In this document: piece by piece, positions 13,396-43,600 of the stretch | Layout of the letters: every line of letters begins with the position of its first letter | Position numbering within the stretch: the first letter of the stretch is position 1 | Assembly: GCA_904063045.1 (NCBI GenBank) | Contig: CAJFCJ010000028.1 | Location: 625,230-689,229 of the forward strand | Length of the DNA stretch: 64,000 nt | Source of the DNA: Dimorphilus gyrociliatus | Taxonomy: Eukaryota; Animalia; Annelida | Direction: 5' to 3' | Made by a program: the position numbers and the translations under genes | The notes under the pieces: generated by a model | What the model was told of the DNA's origin: nothing | Database searches by the model: none | What the model saw: only the letters and a program-made list of their open reading frames with translations

Positions 13396-16300
13396 TCAAT
13401 AGATGGCGTAACAAATACAGAGGTCACTAATAACGTGTAGAGTACATCAAATTTTGCTTTGTGTTAAGGCCTATAGCCATAGTCGCTTTTGGCAAAGTGA
13501 CTCGTTTTTGTTGAGAGCATTGTAGCCCCTGAGCTTTTTGTGATTGTTTTTTTTTTCGAGGAAAAATACTAATTAATAAGAAGAGAAAATGGATAGGCAG
13601 ACTAACCAAGATTTATTAAATAATAATTACGTGGGACAATTTCAAGGATGTGATTTAACGCGAGCCCTCTCACCCAACTGCGTTTTACTCCCGCCTAATT
13701 TCCTCTCCTATAATCAATTTATGCCTGATACCGAGGTAGGACGTTAACTTACAATATTCATAATCTTTTTATCTTTTCAAATTAATATTATTTGTACGTT
13801 TTAACCGTTTATGGATAAATGGAACATTTTAAAGTGTTCTAGCGGGAACCTTCTCTATAGTTTTTTTATCGTATAAGTGCTAACACATGAGTGTGCTCGC
13901 CGGCAGGGTGCGCTATTTGTCTTAAAATATAAACACCTTTCGTCTGTATTATGAGAATGTAAGAATTTTACAAATTGCCGTTAACTTGTTACAAACTACA
14001 TCAATCAACGTGTAATTTGTACCATCCGTCCTATAGTATTTTTTGCAGACATTTATAGGATAGAAGGGTCGGAGGCATGAATACAGATTTCATTCGCTCC
14101 ACTCTCGTATATATTCTTTATATATATATTTCTTTCTTTAATTTAGCTAAAGAAAATATGTATGCAAATTCTTAACAGGAGGTTATCGAATGGTATTTAT
14201 TCTAAGTAAAGATGGTAGAGCGTCTGTCTTACATAAACAATCGGGGATAATAAAACTTCTATTCATTTCCAATATTTTTGTCCACCACATTTCAGTTTAG
14301 ATTGAAAAAGACTAAACGGCTCTATTATTATAATTTAGAATATCCATTCAAAACTTTTATGCATTGCAGATTTTCATAAATCAGCCATTTGGACAATACT
14401 GTGCCAGTCTCTTTAGTAAGTGGCGACACCTTCTGTTTTTAGCCACAACTAATTCTATGAATCTTTAATCCGTTAACCTATCCTTATCATAAAAGTGAGC
14501 TTTTACTGTTCATAACAAAGGAGCATTAATCTAATATCGTTGTTAGATGCTAAAAACATTAAAAATAATTAAAATTCCATGGAGCATTTATTAGAGCTTT
14601 TATAGATGGAAATTATATCTAAGTTTTGTTTTTTATCTAATTACGTTACTCAGATAAAACAAATATGATATTAAAACATAAATAAAATGATATAACCACA
14701 GAAATATACTCCAAGTATTGACTATATCATCCTATAATTATGTTTACCAGAGTTTACATTAGTTAATACAGTGGAAGTGGTTAATAAAATTAAAAAAAGA
14801 GTTAAGTTATAGTGCAAAGGAAAGAAAGTAATATCTAGTCAGTTAGAGAGGAAAGAGAGTGTGAGCGAAAGAGAGAGAGAGAGAGAGAGAATATGGGTGA
14901 GAGAGAGAAAGAGTGAAAAGCAGACCAAAGGTATATAGCTAGATACACAACTTAGATACAACTTGGTATCTCTTTCACTTGTTTCGACTGTTGATGATAA
15001 CTTCAAATAAATTATTTAGTTTATTACTTATCAGACTGTTGTTATATTCCACTTCTAATCGATTGCTTGATCGTAAAAAAAGAAGTTTTATATTTATTAA
15101 GAAAAAGTAAATATCCGCCAAGTTTATTAAATAGAGGGAGCCGCCGTTACGTTTTTCCAGGGCGTCTTTTATCTAGCAACAGAAGCAGGTGAAGGTCTTT
15201 TATTGTATAAACATTAAACAAAAAAAATACTTCTAAATTGATAGATGGAATTTGGATTAAGGTCATTTTTTAAAAAATTTCCTACTACTTCATAAAACGT
15301 TAGATGGCGTTCTTTAATTTAATATACTTTCCAGTTCTACAGTAATTTAATATAATGAACTTAAAAATGATGTTATATCAGAATGAGCAGCTGTAAATAC
15401 GAACAATAACTAATTTATAAACGTCTTGATGGAATCAAACGCCTACTTTACAGGTGGTGGAAAATCTTAACATCTCACTCCAAAAAGCTCGTAATCATAA
15501 CTTATTATATTACGAATTTTTTATGCAGCTGTTCGACCCTCAATCTTAGCCTTTTTCACATATTTTTTCCTCGCCTGTTTCAGGTGTTTGTACAAGTGCT
15601 ATCTAAAAACGGCACGCGTGTTTTCCCTGCGATATTTTATATATACGCTCCGCGTGACTCCAAGGGGTCACGTGCTACAAGATATTTGCAGGTAGCCGAC
15701 AGATAAAAGAATATACGGCCATTCGCCTGTGTTATGTCTGGGGTAGTTGTAGGGTTATACAGGTTCTTATGTATATTTCTCTCCGGGAATTGCAAACTGT
15801 CAGTCCAATCAACCCTATACGATGTTAAGACGGAGACTTCCCCTCTGGCCAGATGCTTAAGAGACTATTCTTCTAAACGAGATATTTTTTCTTCATCATT
15901 CGTAAACCAATTATTTGTACTTCTTTAAATCATGCTGAATATTGTTGCTTGATGTAGGGAAATGTTCAAAGTAGATGGCGCCTACAAGGTTAAATACCCT
16001 TATAATCGTGTAAATATTTAGAACTGTTGATCCTTCTCAATCTTTTCGTTTTAAGGCAGTAGATGAAAATTTTGCCTGCGCACCTTAGTGCGCAATCAGG
16101 TGAACAGGTGGCGTTGTTAAAAGGTCAAGTCAAATATCCAGACAGCAATGCATTTGCGAAACACTTTTTTGAAAAATACAAAAAACTAAAGAGAGGCCGG
16201 AATCTCGATCGAAATAAGCCGAAAGATTATTTGTTTGTATGTTCAAATGGACAGGTGGCGCTGCTTGAAGTCAAAATAACCTTCTCACTAAATTTATTGA

Positions 16301-16942
16301 CGCAGGTAGTTTAAAAAGAGTTGATTGATGCATTTAGCAAGTTGAAAAGGTCGAAAGTAGTGTTAAGGGCTTAAAAGTAATGATAAATTACTCTTTAAAA
16401 ATAATATCTTGACGACCTCATATAGTAATTTAAAAAAAAAATTGAATATATCTTAACGGCCGATAAGTGTTTGTTATCAGACGTCGAGTAATATTACTTA
16501 TCTTCACCGATAACAAAAGTCCGTATTGCGCTTGAGAAAAAATATATACAGTGATTTTTTTACCTAGTCATGCAGTGTGCAGTGCAGATAATGTAAACAT
16601 ATTTTTTCATATATGCTTAATAACCATTTGCTGAAGAGCAGAAGAGATTCCATTTCCAAATCATCTGTTGGAAAAGCATCAGGCGGCTTGCAGCTGTTTC
16701 ACCTTCTAATTTAGCAAGTCAGAAGAAAATTTCCCTAATGAAAAAGATGGAAGTGCTTGTTGCTAGGCAAACAATAGTTTCCATGGTAACCTACTTATGT
16801 ATATTAAATATATATCCTTATTATCAATTTATAAGGTTATTGATAGTTTCTTAATTCGATACCCTGTCAGGGTTTGTCACGTGCTCTGAAAAATTTTTTT
16901 CCTGCTACTATCGAAGTGCATATAATTCATGCAGGTGGCGCT
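13396..16942 (+). promoter_or_regulatory. Array of co-oriented CTCF-like motifs YAGRTGGCG
   Basis: AGRTGGCG cores start at 13401, 15302, 15973, 16106, 16253 and 16933, all on + and each preceded by C or T. Variants at 13900 (CCGGCAGGGTGCGCT) and 15131 (ATAGAGGGAGC). Confidence 0.6.
16759..16790. promoter_or_regulatory. Tandem RFX X-box motifs
   Basis: GTTGCTAGGCAAAC (16759-16772) and GTTTCCATGGTAAC (16777-16790). The second fits the X-box consensus GTTNCCATGGNAAC exactly. Confidence 0.55.
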
Positions 16943-16959
16943 TTTGTAGAAACTTATAA

Positions 16960-17083
16960 CTACCGCAAAATTGCAGTTGGCAGATTGCTGTTGTCCATTC
17001 GCCTTTGCGCGCTAAAAGTCTGATTACGTTTCTCGTCGGTTATTTCCCAGTGCTGTTTTTGTCAACGTGATGCAAACTGTTAA
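16960..17083 (+). promoter_or_regulatory. Candidate proximal promoter / first exon of PCBP
   Basis: GC-enriched stretch directly downstream of X-box, E-box and CTCF-like motifs, ending in donor AA|GTAAGA at 17084. The first coding exon has only 30 nt of UTR after its acceptor, so an upstream exon is required. Confidence 0.4.
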
Positions 17084-19213
17084 GTAAGAAGGTTTGTAAC
17101 CGAATTTTCTTTTATTATTGATTAGATAAGGAGTTATTATGTTACCCTCAATTTAAATTCATTCTGACTGAATATTTCTTATTCTTTTCGGATATAGAAA
17201 AAGCATAATTCGGCTATGTCTCTTTGTAAATGCGTCTGTAACATGATTTTGAATACTGAGTCTATTTTAGAATTAAGCTTCAATAAAAGACACCATTTTT
17301 TGCTAAGGTTTATAAAGGAAATCCAGTTTGTCACGAAATGGCAGAATAGCTGTTAAAGTGTTTCTTTGTCCGGTTTGTCAAAAAAAATCTATACTGCACA
17401 ATCAAAGTTTACCGTAATATATATTGCGTTTCTACGTAAAAGCTTCGGAAACGGTTCCCTTTTCAAGTGATTGTCGTTATAGAACAAGAGAAAACTACAA
17501 TATTTCTTTAAAAAAGAAAATAACTGCTAACAAATGACATTTGGATTTAGCAAATGCAAAAAGAAAGGGTTAAAAGAAAGAATAAAGTAAATTCTCTCAT
17601 TTGTTTATTGTAGGTCTAAAAAGAACCGTTTATAAAATTGCATTTGCTATCGATATTATTTCTTATAGTATGAAACAGCATAGAGCATACAGCTCTTTAA
17701 AAGGATATTTAATTATATTTTGAGTTAAAACTGTCCAATGAAGCAGATTAGTAAGAAAAAAGAGAACAAAATTATATTTTATAGAACCTCTATGAAGCTG
17801 GTATTCTCTATCACTTTCATTATTTTATGAGAGGAGGATATGAAAGACGAAAATAAGGAAGGAAGTAGAAACAATTTTTCAAACGTATGATAAAATAGGA
17901 ATAATCCTTAATTGTACATAGCTATTGACAAACAAGTTTACAATAGGCTTTGTCGTATTCCTATTAATAACTGTACCCTTAACAAAATCAAACTACACAT
18001 CATTTATAGATTTATATGACATTTCCCATTTAGTAGCATTAATTAGACAACTATGACCTTTTTCCGTATAATGTTTACTTTTGCTTGTTTATAATACTTG
18101 CTACATTGTACTAAAAATAAGTCTCTTGTATCAGATTATGTAGGTTTACCGCGACATTGAGAATAGGATTGAAAAGCATCTTAGTAGAATTTAACTTCTA
18201 TTCTGAGTATTTATAATTTTGTGGCATTTTGTTAACACGTGAAAATTGCCATAGACTTTTATTAAAGGAATAAACTCTGTCTACTTTCGCTATAAATATC
18301 GTTGCAAACGTGACAACAAGCTCTTAAACGAGGTTTGGCGTATATTCTTTTAGCAAAAAAACTAAATTAGTAACAATAGTCGAATTGAATTCCATCCATA
18401 AAAGCTCTGTCAACAACAACGAAAATAAGGCGGTCTGTCAAGTTTGTCGAGTCTGCATTTTTGTTTGCCTATAAGCAGTCTGATTATAACGCCGGTAGAG
18501 GAGTTGGCGGTAAATTAATAGCGTTTTGTGCTACGCGTTGAAAGAAACCGTGTAAGTTGGACGACAGAGAAGCCTTACTGGGAAATTAGACGCTCCGGCG
18601 TCTCTTTTCAACTGATTACGGCAAAAAACGGCGTACCGTAATCAAGCGGAAGAGGATCGGGAGGGAAAAAATGAAATAAAAAGCGAAACGAAAATGAAAG
18701 GGGCAATTGGCGCAAAAGTGGTGAAAAAGGGAGAATTATCATGGCTTTTATGTAGACTAATGCATTCTTTGCCTTCACTGCTCAATCCCTCGAGAAGAAT
18801 GCTTTACATGTTCTCTTTTCACAGTGTCGCGTTCGGATTTTTTTTCTAATAAGCTTTTCTACGTTACCTTGTTGAAAAGGCATTAGTATTTTCTTTCGCC
18901 ATATGTATACATTAAAAAGGTACGCTATGCCGTACAAGATGTTTTCTCTATATATTTACAAACTATTCGTTGTTAAACTCTATGAACTTTCGACATTTAT
19001 TTGTCTCATTTGAGCATAAAAAAATGAATTATGTACATGGACGTACAGACTTTTTAACGGATTTATGGCTTTTATCCAAAATTTTTTTCTTTTTTTACTA
19101 TTCTGGCAAAAGCTAATTTACACTGATTTATATTCTTCTTATCTACTTTTTAAAACATTAATAACGTTTTTATTTCCTTACAGATAACAACGGAGGGTAG
19201 TGACGGCGAAGAG

Positions 19214-36333
<17,120 letters not shown>

Positions 36334-37431
36334 TGTCTGAACATTTCTCGGGAGAACAGGAAAATACGAAAAATAGGGGGAAAAAATCGAAATATTTTGA
36401 GATTTTTCTCATCAATCGAAATATCTTTCTCTAATTTAAAACAGATGAAATTTAATTGTCCAGGTAGTTGGAAATGTTTTCTGGCTGGTCTATTTGTGTT
36501 CATTCATATTCCTCTAAATATTCGAAAATTGGCGGTAACAAATGAAAATGAAATAATTTCAGTAAATTAATGAATTTTCTGGGTTATTTTTATAACCATC
36601 TTTTGAGGAATTAAATGATAAAATGGAAATAATAAAGCCAGAATTCATTTCCTCTTTACACCTCTGGCTAACTTGAGGACGTAAGATAAACGTGTTTTTT
36701 TTTTTTGTTATTAGGCTGACGTAAATTCGTGATACCTGAAAAACGCCGACCAGTTTTTTCTTGTTTACGAGTTATTGACAACTTACAAAACATATTGCTG
36801 ATTTTTTGTGTTGTACATATTTAATGTTTAAGTATATACATACATCTTTATATAAAACGAGATAAAATTTTATGTGTGTATATGCTAATATTTCAGTATC
36901 GTCTACTCGTATATCATGCATTTTTTCATACATATATGTTATATATATATATATATGTATGTATATATATACACTATATATATATATTTATATATACTGA
37001 CTGCCATAATATGGGTAACGTTTATTTTTATTTTTTGACATGACATTTATTTTTTTTTGTTCCAGTTTAATTTTTTTCTTCTCTTTGCTTACGAAAAAAG
37101 GAATGCTATATTTGTTTTTTTTTTCTTTCTGTACAAAGAAAAAATTGCTTATTAAAAACAAAAAGACGTGCTTATTTGTTTTTTTTTCTCTCTCTTTTTC
37201 TTTTTCTGAACGAAGATTGCTGCCAAAAAAAATGGAAACAAAATGTATTTCTTTATTACTTATCGTAAATGTATAGGGTAGAGCGTCAAAAACTGATCTC
37301 ATACTGTTGCTCTAGGCGCTGAATTGTTTGTTTATTTTTTTTTTTCATGCAGTTTGTTTGTGGGCATATAATACAAATGTATATTTATATGTATATACAG
37401 TATATTTATGTATACATGTATATGCATATAA

Positions 37432-37484
<53 letters not shown>

Positions 37485-38106
37485 TAAAATGTATTTATTA
37501 ACAGTATTTAAGTTTGTTCCTTTTTTCGGCGTGTACAACTGCTGACAAAGAATTCGGTTATATTGTTTTTTTCGCAATGCCATGTTCTGTTTTGATTTTT
37601 TTCTCGTGTTCTGGTTTATTTATTTTTTTTCGTGTATTAAGAACAAATGAATATCAATGGGAAAAATTGTAGAATAATAGTAACATAACCAATGGATAAA
37701 ATGAATTAAAATGGTTTTAAAAAAAAGACAAAACAAAAATCAAGGGAATATATTCTTTATATTACCTAACTTTCTCTCTTTTTTCAAATTATCTACAAGT
37801 TGTATTACTATTTTCTAATCAATTGATTATTTTTTCTTTTCTTCATTCGTTTAGTACTAGTGGTCATATCGAAGGAAAAAATATTTGTATATAATTTAAA
37901 TATCCTTGTTGGAATTAGGAAACGTTGTGTTGATTATAAGATTTTGTGCAATATTTAAGTAAAAAAAAACATTGTGAGAGCGGTCACAATAGGCCTAATG
38001 GTTAATTTTGTTTATTTTCATTTTTTTTGCTAGTCACAAATTTTGTTGCTAGTCTTTTTATTATATGCGTTTCTTTTTCGAATACAATTCTACGCTTTCA
38101 AATAAA
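36334..38106 (+). other. Probable long U-rich 3' UTR of PCBP
   Basis: Follows stop 36333, has many T-tracts and (TA)n, AATAAA at 38101-38106, and converges on the GULP1 3' end. The true cleavage site is unknown. Confidence 0.45.
37380..37485. repeat. (TA)n-rich microsatellite in the PCBP 3' region (similar tracts at ~33685-33765, 36935-36995 and 61885-61985)
   Basis: Read directly from the sequence. Confidence 0.9.
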
Positions 38107-38534
38107 TTTTTATTTCAATTTTCTTCCTTCTACAGTATATAATAGTATAAAGATCAGTATACAATAACATACTGTATATATATATTTATATATATATAAA
38201 TATGAATCTGGTTTTGATAGCATTCCAAAATAAGTAAAAAGAGTAATATTTTAAACAAAATTCTTGACGTAATATTAGATCTATGGAAAGGGAGAGAGAG
38301 AGAGAAAGAGTGAATAACAGAAAGAGAGAGAGAAAAAAGTAAATTCATTATTTCTCTTTACTTTTTCAAATATTCAATTAAAATTAAAGCTTTTGCATTA
38401 TCTGACTAAATCGTCAAAGTTATTTTGATACGTAACACTTTCAATAAGGAGAAAAATTAGAAAATAGGGCAATTAACGACTTCGAAATCTTGATATCAAA
38501 TATTACAATTTGTCTTCTTTTTTTATATTTCATC

Positions 38535-40694
38535 TCATTGACTCTTTAAAGGATCCAGCTCATCGAGAGTAAAATCAGATCCGACAGTTAAGCCCTTTTT
38601 AAATCCGGCTTCCAAATCTATCATTTCGCTATCCGGTGAAAAGATTTCCATTCCAAATTCGTCGTAAGTCTTCTCTTTTTTAGCTTTTATTGTTAAGGGA
38701 AAAAAGAAGATAATAGAAAAAGATTGGTAATCCATAATAATTATGTTTCTTTTATATACAAACAAAAAGAAATAGGGAAAAAAAACATTCTTTTTCTCTC
38801 TTTAAGAGAAAAGTTAAAAAATATGATGATAATATTATTAATATAAATTAATTTACCGTAATCTCCTTCGAATGACGATGAATTGGGTAAATGGCTCCTA
38901 CTCGGAACAGGTGGTGGTGGTGAAACTAAATTATTAAAAGATAAAGAAAACACGACAAAGGTAAGAAAGCAAACTTAATAGCTGAACATATATTTTATCT
39001 ATTAATATTACTATATATATTGTATAGTTTAATCTCTACGCGATTTTCTATATATTTTTGTTAGTCAAGATATAATGAAAAATGTGGTATGGTCTCTAAA
39101 GCATAACATATTTAATTTCATACTTATTGGAGTTTCTGTTTCGAAAACTAATCCTTCTAATTTTCTTCCAACTGAAGGTTCTGCCATAGTAACAGTCTCA
39201 TTTGATTCCTGTTAAGAGGGTTGACATTATTAGATTTATACAATTCATTTAGTTTATTTTAAGTTTACATATATATATAGCTTTCGTAGAAATTGATTAG
39301 GTAAAAAAGTTTATTAAGTTAATTAGTATGGCTAAATAGAGCTATATATTAAATCTTATGTAACTAACGTTTGGCTTTCTTCTATCGAATTCCTCTAACA
39401 CAGATGGATTAATAATTCTTTCCAAATCGGCAACTCTCGCTTTCAGATGAAGATTTTCTTGTGTCAGTTGCTGAACCTTTTTCTGATGCAGTAAAAGTTG
39501 TTTTCTTATATCGACGCTATGATTATTCTTTTCTATAAATTTTTGATAGGCCAATTCGAAGGCTTGACCAATTGTTAAGGTTATTTCTTCAGCCTGTTTC
39601 AATATAAACAATAGAAGAAGAAGAAGAAAAGAAAAGGGATGAAAAGGAGAAATAAAACAATCGATAACTTTAATTAAATAATTAAAATAGAAGATAAAAG
39701 ACGTACACATTTGTCCGAATCGAAGACGAAACATTCGTGCTTTTGCTGTTCAGGTATATGAGCTATAAAAGTTACAACTCGTTTGTCGCTTTTATCGTCA
39801 GCGCAATAAGAAATTTTGTGCAATGGAAATTGGTGCTGTATAACCTGTTTAATAATAAAATTATAGTTAATAATGATAGCAGTAATAGTAGTAATAATAA
39901 ATTTACCTTATATTTAGGATCTTGAACTATAACTCCATCGACAGAAATAGACAATTCAACTTTTTGAGGTTTTAATCCTTCAGATTTTTTCAATTGTTTA
40001 TTGAACTATAGAAAATTAAATTAAATCAGAATGCATTAGAAGACTAAAGGCGAATTAGCGATCTAAGTAATAAAATTAATTAAATTATCTAATTAAAATT
40101 CTATTAAAATTCCTTTGCAAAACAGACAAAAGAAGTCAACTTAGCAAGTAAAGATGAATAAAGAAAATATCTTTTCTTTACAAAAATATTCAAAAGCGTT
40201 TATATATATATTATATTTATAGGCTTACTTTCATTTTTCTAATAGCACCTTTCACTACTTCAACCCCTTTGGCCTCGTCGACGACCGTATGTCCCAGAAA
40301 CTATTTTTTAAGATGAAACATACATGTTTCTTTTAATTATTCAAGACAATGAGAGAATATACTTTAATATTATACTAAATAGATTAGAGTTTAATAAAAA
40401 TGACGTTATTTGAAGGATATAATTACATATAATTGTTTATAATATCATACTAACCTTTACATTGTAAGCAACGCGACTTCTCAAAATAGTATCAGAAGAA
40501 TGAGGCCATTTGTTCTTTTTCGCTAATATTTAGATTGTAATTACATTAAAGAGATTGATACAGATCTATTGTACCATATATTTATATATATACTGTATAT
40601 ATACTGTATATATAAAATTTATATATATATAACATTAACCAAATTTATACTTACATCCATTCTTCTTACCGTTTGATGAAATTTGACGCTGCAT
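38535..40694 (-). CDS. GULP1: PTB-domain engulfment adaptor GULP1/CED-6, ~309 aa. Exons (minus) 40694-40670, 40522-40455, 40300-40229, 40005-39907, 39844-39707, 39593-39369, 39208-39124, 38925-38857, 38683-38535
   Basis: PTB domain ([22 protein letters not shown]...[21 protein letters not shown]...[30 protein letters not shown]), coiled coil/leucine zipper, PSVGRKLE, a Pro-rich segment and C-terminal [10 protein letters not shown]. The start codon could lie further upstream. Confidence 0.95.
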
Positions 40695-43600
40695 TCCAAC
40701 ATGTATGTACTTCCGTTTGCCGAAACTGTTGTCGGATTGTAAACAAATATTATCAATCTCAGCTTCCCAATATGCTTGGGCAACCTTTAAGTTCATTTTG
40801 TTTGTAATTAAAAAACAAACAAACAAAAATGGGAGAGTTTAAAAATTAGCCCAACTAGATGAAGGTAGCGATAAAATGGAGAATACTCTTTTTTATATCT
40901 TTAATACAGATTGAACGGTTGCTATTATTATTGAATGGTAATAGTAAAGAGTATTTCCTGCAGTAGATATAGAATTATTCACTTTGATTCGTATGAGAGA
41001 ATAATTGAACGAAATTGCTTCAGAAACTATATATAAATATATATATATCAGTTTCATGTTACAAATATTAAAAATAATTAGTCTTTCCTTTATAATTTAC
41101 TTTATTCTAGTTCTTTACTCATCATCCATTTCCCACCAACTCTTCCCCTATTTTGCTTTGTTCGTTTTATAAAGAAAATATACATATCTACTACACTTAT
41201 ACAATATATACATTAAGTACTCTTTAATAACTAATAAAGTGTTTATCAACGTTAAATGAAAGATAAATAAAAATAATAATAATAATAACAATAACAAAAG
41301 AGTACCTTAAAACATTCTATATAGAATGTTCTGTCTTTTGTACTTAATATATGAGCAAACAAGTACATATATGTATATTGTTAAATGTATATTTTCTTAT
41401 AAATGTCGGTATCCATACTCAAGTTAATATTATTTAAGAATTATTATTAATAATAGGCTTTTTAGTTTTTTTTTTAATAAAAAACAAATCCAATGGAAAA
41501 ATTGACGAGAATAACAATAAACTGAGGTTTTATATTGTTTAGTGTTTTGTAAATTATTTATGAATCAACATTTTTAACTTCCTAAATAAAGGGTCAGGCT
41601 TGTCAATGGTTTTAGATTATAATAAATATATGTATGCTATACATATTATCTAATAACAAGCAGGATTCCATGCAGAAATAGGTCAAACCTGAATCTACTG
41701 TTCATCTTAGAACTGTAAAAAAGATTGATAATGTTTAAATAGATAGAATAACAGATAATCCTTGTCTTTTAAATTCAGTTACAAGGCTTATGATTCAACG
41801 ATGAAGAATCACGATCTTATCTTGACTTTTACAATGCGATTAAAAGTAGTATAATAACTTACAGATAAATGATAAGATCCAATTATCGTTCGACGGCTGT
41901 TATCTATGGACCTTTTAAAAATTTGGAAGAAAATATCGATAAATGTTTAGGACGATAAAAAAGAAGTTGTTGATTACCTACAAAATGCTGATTGGGCCTG
42001 TGAATATTTTGTTTAGTCACCTGTAGCTTAGTTATAAAAAAAATATTATCCAGGTTCTATTGTACATCGTATGCATTTAATTGTTTACGCAAATAATGGA
42101 AGTAAGTGTAAGTGTTTTGTTTTGCCATAGAAATTAATAATTTAGCTTCAATAGTTTGTGTAAAGATATTTTAAAGTCAAGAAAAGTTAACCAATTCTAA
42201 ACGTAAACTATAGAACCAGTTTTTCACAACCAGTACTTCTGTTTGAAAAAACACCAAGCAAATTTAGATAGGAACACCAATATTATTCGGATATGTAAAA
42301 CGGGCAGTGATTCGCTAAATTCTCCTGCTATTTTTAAGTAACCAATCAACAATCGCCAAACATCCGCCATAGTCTGGTATAGAAGAGAGACCGATTTTAT
42401 GTGTAATGTAAGCTTTACTTTTTCCTCTATAACTTTGTGCTAGGTGGAAAATTTCAGTTTTATTTTAATGATTACTAATACTTAATGCTATCTGTAAAAA
42501 TATACCTTAAAAACAGTGATTTTGTAGAACTGAATTTTATAGATTAAAACGGTACACGTTTTTCCTGTTTGTCTGTTGTTCAGCAAAATAAGCTAGAGTG
42601 AAAACAAAGTTGTTACAAGCAAGTGCTGAACGAATTTTTATATTTACTTCAATGTGATTTATGCAATTCCATGAAAAAGAATGTTCAGTCAAATTATTTT
42701 CTCACAGGCCTAACTTGCATTTATGAATGAATTTACAAAGAAGATAGAGAAAAAAAGATGAATGCTGAAGTAAGTTTTTTTCTTTTACATATTTTTTAAG
42801 GCAAATCCTACTTTTTCGGAATAATTCGAATGTTCAAAGACCAATTCTCTATTTGTAAAATTCTCATCGGGAAACAAAGCAGAATTATTGCGAAAAAATC
42901 CCATTTCTATGAATATTTAAAGACACTTTGCCAAAGCTCTATTGTAGCAAATGAGTTTTTCTTAATTTACTTAGATATTTATAAATAAGTTTTTATTAGT
43001 GAAGGTGCAAAAATTAAGTTGTAGAGAGCTCGATGGACAGTTAAATGTGGTGTAGATAACTGACCGTCAAATATCTAAAGTTCTTAATTGATGTAATCCG
43101 ATTGTGTTATTAATAGTGAATATAATTCAAATTAATCTTAAAACAAATCAATACGAATTTATTCCGCTTAAAACATTGATCATGGCACATGTGTCATATA
43201 CACAGGCTGTGTAAAAAAACAGTTCTATTCTATGAACAATAGAGTGCGCTATTTACCATATTCGTGATCAGTTCCATAAAAAATTCCTTGAGAGGCGTCG
43301 TTTCGAAATGCCCTTTAGACTGCGAAATCGATTTCAACTTAATTTTAGTGTTAATCGTAAAAGAAATTCTCTTTCGACTCAGCATCAAAGAACTTGTCAA
43401 ATTTTAAGGCAGATTTTAATACAGGTATATTTTTCTACTACAAAAATTATTATAGTTTTGGTTAAATAGGTCATGTTTTGTTTGAATAGTGATTAAAGTA
43501 AACTTTTTGATTTTTTCCATTTATTGATTTTTAAGGTACGATAAGTTTGCCTTAGAGAAAGAAAAAAAACTCAATATTTCCCCCAAACATTTTATTTATA

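Noticed and set aside
11948-13609. Short ORFs and coding-like texture on the minus strand (e.g. 11948-12157, ~13080-13170)
   Set aside because: No recognisable motif and no consistent splice chain; lengths are within chance expectation. A decayed element cannot be excluded.
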